Of a DNA stretch of 39,159 nt, positions 1-9,442 are shown piece by piece (positions within the stretch are counted from its first letter, which is position 1; the number at the start of each line of letters is the position of its first letter). The notes below the pieces were generated by a model that ran no database searches, was not told the DNA's origin, and saw only the letters and a program-made list of their open reading frames with translations. A program made the position numbers and the translations under genes. The stretch comes from Spirogloea muscicola (taxonomy: Eukaryota), in contig WELB01000023.1 in the NCBI GenBank assembly GCA_009602725.1, positions 85,124 through 124,282 of the forward strand, in the 5' to 3' direction.

Positions 1-197
1 GAAAGCTGGGCGAGCTCTAGTAGGTGGCAGAAGGGCTCCGTTCCTGGCATCTAGTATTCATGCATCGAGTAGTGACCTTTATGTTTTGACCCGTGGTTAT
101 TGAGCGGGTCAATCTGCTGTAGGTTATGTAGATTTTTAGATGTGCTTGCCTTTGTACCTGGCCATTTGGCCTACATTTCTTTCTAATACACGATCTC
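1..197 (+). mobile_element. CRE-like non-LTR retrotransposon 3' end (family E): ORF C-terminus plus 3' UTR
   Basis: Frame 2..103 reads KAGRAL...SSDLYVLTRGY*, the terminal motif shared by all copies. The UTR segment atgtgcttgcctttgtacctggcca recurs at ~31410 (+) and ~38170-38200 (-). Confidence 0.75.
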
Positions 198-249
198 TCC
201 GATGCCGGCCCAGCCGCCGGCTTTGTCATCGTGATGGTGATATACCAGA

Positions 250-377
250 GGTCGCCGGCATCCCCTGGTGCTTCTCTAACGCTTTTCTGTCTCTTGCGAG
301 TTTTCTGGTGTTCGCTGTGGTGACGCACTTCTCCGGCTGCAAGCAAGTCTGACTTGCAGCTGCTGATTAAGAAGTGA
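250..377 (+). mobile_element. Degenerate CRE-like ORF C-terminus
   Basis: Ends ...PAASKSDLQLLIKK*, resembling FPAASLSDLRLLTRTY* of other copies. Confidence 0.45.
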
Positions 378-386
378 GCTCTTCCA

Positions 387-491
387 GAGAGAGAAGGCGC
401 GCGGGGCGCATGAATTGAAAGGGAGGCCAATTCAAGCCAATACATTGTTCAGGCAGAGTCGAGTGCAGACTAAACAAGGCTACATTATACG
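387..491 (-). mobile_element. CRE-like family A 3' tip with (TC)n tail
   Basis: Identical by eye to 2417-2521 and near-identical to the reverse complement of 3055-3160, which follows an LSDLFVLTRGY* ORF end. Confidence 0.8.
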
Positions 492-544
492 CGAGAGAAG
501 AAACAGCTCTTCTGTGTAAGGCTGTAACAGGTCTTCAATGTCAG

Positions 545-918
545 GCCTCGGAGGCTGGACATGCAGCTGCGAATGCTGCTCGTGGTAGTGCGCGGCCAAG
601 TACGCGGACCACCCGGACGGGGACGAGTTCGTCCGACTGGCCGTCGGTGTGCACGGGGCTTTTGGGTCTTAGTGTATCGACCTGTTGGCCCGGCTTGCGC
701 GACGCGCAGTGTCCCGCAAGCGAGGCGAGAGGACTGAGCTGAACGCCGCTGGCTCACTAGCACGGTGTTCTGCATGCGCCTATCCATACCACTCCAGCGG
801 TCCATGGCCCACGCCTTGCATCTGCGTGCTGGCCGTGCTCTAGCTGCAGCCTCTGGCTTCCGTCAGGGGGATTGCTTTCCGGCTGCTAGTCTTTCTGATG
901 TGCGACTCCTCACTAGAG
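545..918 (+). mobile_element. Frameshifted CRE-like restriction-like endonuclease (RLE) domain fragment
   Basis: Pieces read AGHAAANAAR..KYADHPDGDEFVRLAVGVHGA..MRLSIPLQRSMAHALHLRAGRALAAASGFRQGDCFPAASLSDVRLLTR. The KY...F.P.A.d..GalG...RLS.sLQR layout is typical of the RLE C-terminus. Confidence 0.8.
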
Positions 919-1007
919 AGAAGGCGCGGGTCGCATGAAATTGAAAGGGAGGCCAATTCTAGCCTTACAAATGTCCTGTTAACTGGGTAATGAGCTGGCT
1001 AGGGGGG
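916..1007 (-). mobile_element. CRE-like family A' 3' tip
   Basis: Near-identical to the reverse complement of ~30915-31010. Ends ttggcctccc...atgcg..cgcgccttctctct. Confidence 0.75.
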
Positions 1008-1567
1008 ACACTCACTAGAGGTTACTAAGTGATTCTCCTACCAGGAAAGCTTTGGGAAAGCGCTTTCTGGCCCCTTCGGACCTTGTCAATACTTTCCGGG
1101 CTGGCTGTTCACAGCCCTTGGCCCCTTTGAGAGAGGCACTTTGAAACGTAAGCAATACACACAAGTGTTTCCAGAATGTCCTGGTTTGAGTTCGGACATA
1201 GAGCGTTTAGGAGACAACCCTCTCACAGGAGAACGCCAACGAACACACGCGCACATATCACAGCAGAGTGTTCCCCTGAGGCACCGCACACTCACTAGAG
1301 GTCACTAAGTGATTCTCCTACCAGGAAAGCTTTGGGAAAGCGCTTTCTGGCCCCTTCGGACCTTGTCAATACTTTCCGGGCTGGCTGTTCACAGCCCTTG
1401 GCCCCTTTGAGAGAGACACTTTGAAACGTAAGCAATACACACAAGTGTTTCCAGAATGTCCTGGTTTGAGTTCGGACATAGGGCGTTTAGGAGACAACTC
1501 TCTCACAGGAGAACGCCAACGAACACACGCGCACATATCACAGCAGAGTCTTCCCCTGAGGCACCGC
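1008..1567 (+). repeat. Tandem duplication, 2 x 280 bp
   Basis: Units 1008-1287 and 1288-1567 differ at about 5 positions. Each unit is a CRE family C 3' end (LTRGY*/LTRGH* plus UTR) fused to part of an LTR. Confidence 0.95.
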
Positions 1568-1790
1568 CCAAGGGCGGTGACTTACCGAGGGTCAGTTGCT
1601 GTCCCACATGGGGCGCAGCCATATACTCACAGAGAGCCGGCGAGACCCGCAGCGACGAGCTGCTGCGATGGGCTGGGCAGCAGGCAACAGCAGCAGAGCT
1701 GTGGCGGCGGCTGCGGCAGCAGGCAGCAGCAGGGCTGTGCCTCTCTTGGCGTCACGGATCTTCAAATTCAGTCTGGCCTCGGCCTACTAC
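1422..1790 (-). mobile_element. Solo-LTR-like sequence related to the gypsy LTRs at 23925, 28359 and 30496
   Basis: Shares gtcctggtt.ga.t.cggacatag...taggag and gctgtggcg.c.ggctg.gg.agcaggcagcagca blocks with 30496-30814. The left end TG corresponds to a CA LTR terminus on the minus strand. Confidence 0.55.
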
Positions 1791-1791
1791 T

Positions 1792-2250
1792 GAGAGGAAG
1801 GCGCGCGGCGCGCTTGAAGATGGAAGGGAGGCCAAACTCGAGCCTTACAAAAGTCCTGGTACCGGGGCAGTGTGCTGTCTAAGGGGGACACTAGTTCCAC
1901 GATTGAGCACAGTCATATCTGACAAGCTAAGCTGAGGAGCCAGACCACCGCCGCGGAAGCCATTGGCCTGGCCAAATGCACGCCCAGCACGCTGGTGTAT
2001 CGCGAATGCCTGGGAGCGCTGCTGACTCAATGATAGCCGCATTCTATAGCAAACCACGAGGGCTTGTGGGACGCTAGACTGCCCATAGCTACTTGCCCGA
2101 CCACGTCGGCGGGCATCGACATTCTGTGCCAGGTGATGGAGGAGGGAAGACCAATTTGTCCCTAAGCCGCGTATATGTCCATGGCCCATGGGGAGAAGTG
2201 GCTCGCTCCGGGGGTAGTAGTTATAATGCCTCTCCTTGCTTGTCTGCATG
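1792..2250 (-). mobile_element. 5'-truncated CRE-like element (family A' type)
   Basis: ORF 1845..2249 contains YRMRLSLSQQRSQAFAIHQRAGRAFGQANGFRGGGLAPQLSLSDMTVLNRG, followed by an A-type tip. Confidence 0.75.
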
Positions 2251-2264
2251 GTGTGTCGCCCAAT

Positions 2265-2345
2265 TATGATAGGATTTCTTTTTAGGCTGGCTTTGCCAGC
2301 CCCTCTTCTCTATGGGCGAAAGAAAGAGCACTTTCTTTCTTTGCT
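2265..2345 (+). mobile_element. CRE-like family B' 3' tip
   Basis: ggctggctttgccagcccctcttctctatgggcga...gcactttc matches 2941-2979 and 31870-31915. Confidence 0.7.
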
Positions 2346-2406
2346 TTGCCTCTTCTCTATGCCCGGCTTCAACGCCGGGTCAGGAAGAAGAAGGCTCGCC
2401 CATTCT

Positions 2407-2645
2407 GAGAGAGAGAGAGAGAGAAGGCGCGCGGGGCGCATGAATTGAAAGGGAGGCCAATTCAAGCCAATACATTGTTCAGGCAGAGTCGAGTGCAGAC
2501 TAAACAAGGCTACATTATACGGAGACCTAATCTAAGATACCTAAGATGACATTAGTACCCACGGGTGAGCACAAACAAATCTGACAAGCTAACTTGGGGA
2601 GCTGGAGCGCCGCCGCGAAAGCCGGAGGCCTGACTTAGAGCGCGC
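2407..2645 (-). mobile_element. 5'-truncated CRE-like family A copy with (TC)n tail
   Basis: RALSQASGFRGGAPAPQVSLSDLFVLTRGY* (stop at 2552), ~140-bp UTR, then a (TC) dinucleotide tail. Confidence 0.85.
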
Positions 2646-2673
2646 ATAGAGAAAGAGGGGCTGGCAAAGCCAG

Positions 2674-2979
2674 CCCGCCGGGTCGCTCGCCCAAGTCTTT
2701 CGCATGCGCCTGGCGGTATCGTTCCAACGTCCCTTGCCCACGCAGTCCACACGCGCGCAGGACGCGCTCTGGCCGCCGCCTCCGGGTATCAGCGGAGTGC
2801 CTCCTTCCCGGCATCGAGCTACCCTGACCTGATGTTGCTCACTCGCGGGTACTGAGCTTCCCTAGTGTGTTGTCGTGTTTGGTGGAGTAGTCCTTTTTCG
2901 GCACCTCTTTCTTTGGCTTTGGCCATTGTCCATTGTGTTTGGGCTGGCTTTGCCAGCCCCTCTTCTCTATGGGCGAGCC
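2674..2979 (+). mobile_element. 5'-truncated CRE-like family B' copy
   Basis: AGSLAQVFRMRLAVSFQR / AHAVHTRAGRALAAASGYQRSASFPASSYPDLMLLTRGY* (stop 2853-2855), then a UTR ending gggctggctttgccagcccc...gggcgagc. Confidence 0.85.
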
Positions 2980-3160
2980 AAGTTAGCTTGTCAGATTTGT
3001 TTGTGCTCACCCGTGGGTACTAATGTCATCTTAGGTACCTTAGATTAGGTCTCCGTATTACGTAGCATTGTTTAGTCTGCACTCGACTCTGCCTGAACAA
3101 TGTATTGGCTTGAATTGGCCTCCCTTTCAATTCATGCGCCCCGCGCGCCTTCTCTCTCTC
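2978..3160 (+). mobile_element. 5'-truncated CRE-like family A copy flanked by a 15-bp direct repeat
   Basis: LSDLFVLTRGY* (stop 3021-3023), UTR and (TC)n tail. tctctatgggcgagc occurs at 2964-2978 and 3157-3171. Confidence 0.85.
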
Positions 3161-3277
3161 TATGGGCGAGCACTTTCTTCTCTATGGGCGAGCACTTGCT
3201 TCTTTCTTTCACCTGCCACCCCTCCCCCGAGGGTCTGACGAGGGTCGCCTCCAAGGTCCCCCGGCGGGCCTGACACA

Positions 3278-3390
3278 GAAGAAGTGGCACTCCCAATGGG
3301 GGCAAGGGCTGCGAAAAGCCAGCGCAGACAAGGGAAAGTGCTCGCCCATAGAAGGGAGGGGCTGGGAAAGGCCAGCCCAAAAAGGAATAG
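3278..3390 (-). mobile_element. Two stacked CRE-like 3' tips (B' then C type)
   Basis: Reverse complement contains gggctggcctttcccagcccc...tatgggcgagcacttt and gctggcttttcgcagcccttgcccccattgggagtgcc. Confidence 0.7.
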
Positions 3391-3970
3391 GAGATACGAC
3401 GGATCTCCCGGACGATGCCGCGCGCGAGCGAAGCTGCGCTTGTCGGAGAGAGTACGACTCCCGGACGATGCCGCCGCACGAGCGAAGCAGCGCCGCTCTC
3501 TCCGACAGTACGGTTGGCGGCCAATGCCGCGTGCCCGTGCGATACGAGCCCGGGGCCTCACACCGTACTTATCAAGGAGGCTACACGGGGTGTAGCAACG
3601 TTCCGCACCGTCTGCACTCCCAAACGGAGGGGAGGAAAGAAACGACGACGCTGTTGCTGTGGAACGAGTGGAGCGCTTCCTTTCCCACTGGGGGACTGAC
3701 GGGCGGGCCCGGTGGCGAGCGGCGGGCCTTCTGCCCCCCGGCCTGCCCGCCAAGGTGGGAACATTTCCGGGCCTGCCCGCGGTCGCCGGGCAGGGCCCGG
3801 GTCCGCGGAGCCGGGCGACGGCAGTAGGCTCCGGGCCGTTGGGGAGCTCCCCCCCCCCTCCCCTCCCCACCTCCCTCCCCTCCGTCGGGATAGCGTATGT
3901 ACTGGCCCCCTCGCCCGACGTCCCCCGGGCCTGGCCGCCCCCGGGTGGCACCTCCCCCCACACTTCCCGC

Positions 3971-4104
3971 NNNNNNNNNNNNNNNNNNNNNNNNNNNNNN
4001 NNNNNNNNNNNNNNNNNNNNNNNNNNNNNNNNNNNNNNNNNNNNNNNNNNNNNNNNNNNNNNNNNNNNNNNNNNNNNNNNNNNNNNNNNNNNNNNNNNNN
4101 NNNN
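3971..4104. other. Assembly gap (134 N)
   Basis: Run of N within very GC-rich sequence. It probably hides the first coding exon of the GH79 gene. Confidence 0.99.
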
Positions 4105-4176
4105 GCCGCGGCGCCCGCGGGGCCGCCGCCGCAGTGAGCTGAGCCCCGCCGTCGTCCCGGCCCGGCGGCGGCGCAG

Positions 4177-7100
4177 GTGCTGCTGGCGGTGGGCGGGCAG
4201 GAGGAGGTGGCGACGACGGCCGAGGACTTTGTGTGCGCCACGCTGGACTGGTGGCCGCCCCAGAAGTGCGACTACGGCCGCTGCGCCTGGGGCCTCGCCT
4301 CCCTCCTCAACCTGGTCCGCCCCCCCTCCATGGCTCAGCGGTTCAAGCGCCCAACACATGATTCGAGACCTCGCAGGTTCGACTCCTGCTGGATGCAGTG
4401 CCCAATTCCCATCACCTCACTTTGAAGACTGATGCACGTCTGCTTTGCCCAATTCGTCTCTTGCAGGACCTCCAGAACCCACAGCTCCAGGCGGCCATCG
4501 GAGGTGACGGCCCTCTGCTCCCCCAGCTCCGATGCTCATGGCCGCCACTCGCCTGACCCTGTGAAGCCTGCCGCAGCCGCCGTCCTCTTCAACCTTGCTG
4601 AACTGGTCACGTCGGCAATTGGGACGTTCTGCTGCAAGCCCACTACGCCAGCAGACTAGCAATTGCAGTTGTTCTCAGCAGCTTCGCATGCCACGCCTTC
4701 GATGGTGCAGGGCTCGCGCCGTTCGTCCTCCGGCTGGGAGGCTCGCTGCAGGACCACATCACGTATGAAGTTGGCCTGAAGGAGGGCGAGGAGTGCCCCC
4801 CGATCACGCCCAATGCGACTGACGCCCTCGGCTTCAGCGGTGGCTGTCTGCCCATGAGCCGCTGGGACGAGCTCAACGACCTGTGCTACAACCACGGGTA
4901 GGCCTCGCGCACTGCCGCTCAGTGCTTGGTATTCAACCGTGCCTTGTGAGCATGCGGCTATGGGACTGGCACAGCAAAGTGCTGCAGGGCTCTCAGGGCC
5001 GAGTGGCCGGTCCTCCATGCAGCGCAGCTGCGAGCTGGTGTTTGGCCTCAACGCGCTCCGTGGCCGTCACCAAGTGGGCCCCCGCACCTGGGTTGGCCCC
5101 TGGAACCCCAGCAACGCTCAGGCGCTCATCCACTACACTGCCGCCAAAGGCTATCACATCAAGGCCTGGGAATTGGGTACGCGATCATCCAAGTTATAAG
5201 TTGAAGCAAGCATCATCCCTGCTAGCTATACAGAACTGCAGTCACCGACCACATGGCAATTAGAGAAGTCACCAGGCATTTTCTGCATGCGTTGGTGCGT
5301 CTGTGAGCCTTGCAGCTTCCACCAAGTGCAGTCTATTAGCCAATATTGACAGTGGCACTGGTGTCATGAGGAGCTGCAGGGAACGAGGTCGCTGGGGGAA
5401 GCGGCATAGCAGCGAGGTTGCGGCCCGAGCAATATGCTGCAGATGTAGAGAAGCTGAGGGACACTGTGGCTGCCGAGTACTCCATGCCCGTGACCGTCCA
5501 GCTGCCGCCCCCCCTGGTCGTCGCGGCTGACACCTTCTTCAGTGCCGAGTTCTACCGCCAGTTCCTCAGAGCTGCCGGGCCGGGCGTTGTCAATGCTGTC
5601 TCCCACCATATCTACAATCTGGGCTCCGGTGCGTGCTATGTGACCGACTTTCTCCTATCCTCCTCCAAGCCACAGGCCAACGTCCACAGTTGTCCTTCCC
5701 TTGCTATTCCTGATATCTCTTCCATTGCTGAGATGGGCAGATGAGCTGATCAGAAGCCAGCACCTTCTGGCATACGCCTGATCCGCTCCACTCTTGCAGG
5801 TTTGGAGCCAACATTGGTGGAGAGAATACTGAACCCCAGGTACTTGGACAAGGCTGGCGCACTCCTGCAGCTGGCCCAGGGGACGGTGTCCAAGTACGGC
5901 AATGGCGCAACCATTTGGGTGGGCGAGGCGGGCGGGGCCTTCAACAGCGGCCAGCACGGCGTCACGGACGCCTTTGTGTCTGCATTTTGGTGCGGGTCCC
6001 CTAGGACTTGATAATTCAAGATCTCTTGCATATTTACACGAGTCTCAGACGATTGTAGAGTCAAGGATGTCATTCTTTGCTACACTTGATTGATATGTTT
6101 TCACAGAACAGTGCCATAAGGTGTGCTCTCTGATTACTGAGTGAACGACTAGCGCGTGATCAGGTACTTGGATCAGATGGCAATGGCTGCGATTGCAGGC
6201 CATAGCATGTATTGCAGGCAATCTCTTGTTGGAGGGAATTACGGCCTTCTCAATCTGACAAACTTTGTGCCCAATCCAGACTACTATGGGTGCGTCACTG
6301 TAAATTGAATCGCGCCTGGCTCTGGCGCTAGCAGCTGCACCACTAAAGTCGGACAGCACAATCAATCAAGCAATATGATGCTCTTGTGTGCTGAATGCTT
6401 CTACGTGGTGCGCTTGGCCTTGTGCTTCTCAGATGCCGGGTTCTTGGCAAGGTCGTATGAGCCTGAAGCATGAGCTTGGAAATTGATATTGAAGGCACAA
6501 TGCTATGTGTAGTGCAGGGCTCTCCTTTGGAGGAAACTGATGGGTGCTCGAGTACTTCGAGTAGTGAGCCCTGCTGATACTCCTATGTTGCGAGCCTATG
6601 CCCACTGCCTGAGGGGATCCCGGGTACGTTTCCTCATGTGATGGCGCTGCCTTAGAATGCAGCAGCAGGCTTCTGCCTACTTGTACTGAGCAGGGAGCCC
6701 TTTTAGTCTCACCAGATACCAATCATTTAGCCAGCTTAAGTTTCTTGACCTTACTTGTTGGAACTATGTGCTATATGTATGAACCTGCTGTCGATCGAAT
6801 GAATGTGTCTTTCCAGGGTACAACAAAAGAACGTGCTTGAGGCCCTTGCTTGAGTCTATTGCATTAACAAGACTGCACCAGGGAAGCAATGAACACTCTC
6901 AGCAGACGTCTCTTGACAGTGGCCTTTTGTCGCCATCACAGGGTGGCATCACGCTCCTGCTGCTGAATCTGAGCAACTCCACCAGCTTCTATGTCAAGCC
7001 CGACATTGTGGACATTGCGTGGAAGAGGAAGCGCAGGCTCGGAGCCTTGCTTGGGCGGAGGGAGGAGTACCACCTGCAGCCGGTAGGCGGAGACCTGTCT

Positions 7101-7265
7101 AGCCAGCAGGTGCTGCTCAACGGCCAGCTGCTGGCGCCCTCTAAGGATGGCCAACTGCCTCCCCTGCTGCCCAGGAGGAAGAGGGCAAGGGCTGGCCTGT
7201 GGATGGACGCCCTTTCCTATGCCTATGTCACGTATCCAGATGGTTCAGTGCCAGCCTGCGAGTGA
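4177..7265 (+). CDS. Heparanase-like protein / beta-glucuronidase, glycoside hydrolase family 79 (5' end in gap)
   Basis: GT-AG exons 4177-4314, 4467-4503, 4711-4897, 5028-5176, 5380-5628, 5800-5989, 6164-6289, 6518-6623, 6942-7265 join in frame (1506 nt). Motifs [38 protein letters not shown] (acid/base Glu), [12 protein letters not shown] (nucleophile Glu), [20 protein letters not shown] and LRAYAHC are typical of plant GH79. Confidence 0.95.
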
Positions 7266-7770
7266 TGCCCCTTCTTGCTGTTCAACCAGCAGCATATGCT
7301 ACTTACATGCGTCTGTCTGGGTATTTGACACTTGTATGTTTAAGGCGGAATATCGAGTTCCTCATATTCCCCCTTAAGCCCACAAAGTAGGGCAGGTATA
7401 TTCATTCTTTCTGCCATTCTAAAGCTTTGGCATGACTCTCTATTCTGCACGGTATTCATCGTCACCGTGGGCAGCGACTGAGCCCGCAAAGCAGGGCAGG
7501 TAGGAGTAGTCAACTCCATCATGCCAACAAACTTGGCCTGACATCCTACATATTCAATGCCAAGGTACCTCATATGCTTTGACTTGTCCCTTTACAGTTG
7601 CACATTCTGGACGACAGGGAACTGGGGGGTAGTAACACTCTTAACTGCTTCAAAGCTGTGCAGCTCTTCAGACATGACAGTCAACGAAGGGACAGTCAAG
7701 CCTATGTAGCAGTCATGCCCGGGTGCCCATCTATACGCTCTTCACGACCACAATTGTGTTCTTAAAGATG

Positions 7771-8140
7771 GGGACAACTCTTGCTGCTCCTCTAGTACCT
7801 CTCTTCACAAACCAGTACCCCTCATTGTGCACAACTTTGACTCTGTTGGTAGATGTAGTCCTGAAGACTTGCCAACCTGTATGTTTAAAGCAGAACTCCC
7901 AGCAGACCAGATATTGAGAAATGCATTGCATGTCTCAAGTACCACAAAGCCCTTTCGGAACAACTCTTGCTACTTCCTAGACACCTTTCTTCACACCCAG
8001 TACCCCGTTGTGCAAAACTGTGAGTCTGGTGGCTGAAGTGAATTGGACTTTTTGCCACACCTGTGAATACATATACAAACAGCAGACCAGGTCTTGCAAC
8101 ATGCACTGCAGGCCATCAAGTACCACAGGGCCTCACGAGC
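7771..8140. repeat. Degenerate tandem duplication, 2 x ~187 bp
   Basis: Blocks acaactcttgct, tcttcaca..ccagtacccc, ttgtgca.aact, cagcagaccag and tcaagtaccaca recur at a ~187-bp period. Confidence 0.75.
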
Positions 8141-8598
8141 AGCAAGTCAATGTCAATTAAGGTGGTGATCAGCTAATGAACAAGTGGACACTGGAGATCA
8201 AAATTGTTGGAGCGGAGCTGTACAGGTTGCACTCCTTCTATTGCTTGTCCAACGATTGGCAAATCTACACTGTTGCTAAATGCTGTGACACGCACAAGCA
8301 TTGCCAGACCTCCCTTTGAGATACCAGGTGACTTGAGATGGTAACATTCATCTGCACTGAGCAGCTAAATAGGAGCTGGTGGCTGCTCCTCTCATCCTGC
8401 CTCCCGTCCTGCCCCGGCAACCAGCACTTTGCTCTGCAATTCGATCAATTTCCCAGGAACTTCAGTCATGCACTGAGACATGCAGAAGTAAGCTCTTGTC
8501 CTCATCAACTGAATACATAGGTTACGGAGCGTCCACCCGCCACATAGCACATACCCCACCGCACAATCAACCACAGAGCTTCAGAAGGTACGACCTCA

Positions 8599-9362
8599 TT
8601 AGGCATACACTGAGCCACACGCATGATCACCAACTGCAAAACGTAGACACTCCAAAGGCGCCTGGTAGGTCGCCAGGACTACTGTAAATTGTCTTCTAAT
8701 ATGTGATGCAATCGTACGCCTGCATTTGCATGACAAGGATGACTGACCTGTTTCGTTCACCAGGGCTGCCTGTAACCCACTGTCAACCGGGTGATCCAAA
8801 CCATTGCTTGGCAAACCCCTCTGCTGCTGATGGACAGCTGCAGGTGCAGGTGCTTCATCCAGCTGCTGGCCAGACACAGATGGCTCATGATGCTGGCGCC
8901 GAGCTTGTTCAAAGCGCTCCTCAGCAGCCTGTCAACTCCAGCAGATTATTCTCCAGCAAACTGCTTCTGCATGAAGCTCACTTCTAGCAGGCTAGGCACT
9001 GGGGCGAAGTGAGAAAGAAAAGATAGCCGGCAAATGTAAGCAAGAAACGGCTATCGTTGACTGATTCCTCTGATCAGCTGTGAGCAGCCTAACATATCGA
9101 AAGGCGTTACCTGTAGGGCCGGCGGTGACATGGTCTGTGTCGCGCTCCGAAAGTGCTGCAGCCGCTCGTTGGCCTCGTCCAAGCTGACCTGCGAGCGCCA
9201 CGGATAAGAGGTGTGAGGCACATGCACATTCCTCAAAACGAACTCCGCGCATGTGCTGGTGCCGCGAAGCAGCGGACGGAAGCGACTCATGCCAGAGGGC
9301 CTCCTCACCCTGCGCGGGTCCCGGGGGGAGGCCCGTGGCGACAGCTGCGCCTGGCCCGCCAT
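8599..9362 (-). CDS. Hypothetical protein; N-terminal motif shared with the LEA-like gene; 3' end uncertain
   Basis: Phase-0 exons 9362-9309 (MAGQAQLSPRASPRDPRR), 9188-9111 (VSLDEANERLQHFRSATQTMSPPALQ) and 8928 onward (AAEERFEQARRQHHEP...) with GT-AG sites. It either reads to the stop at 8599 or splices at 8761. Confidence 0.6.
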
Positions 9363-9442
9363 GGCCACTGCCGACGGAGGCCGGCGCAGACGGACGGCTC
9401 AGAGCCGAGCGGAGCGCCCGGCGGCGGCGGCGGCGGCGGCGG

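Noticed and set aside
1008..3400. CRISPR-like array suggested by recurring ~35-bp palindromic GGGCTGG...CCAGCCC units
   Set aside because: Spacing and orientation are irregular, the units follow retrotransposon ORF ends, there are no cas genes, and the context is eukaryotic.
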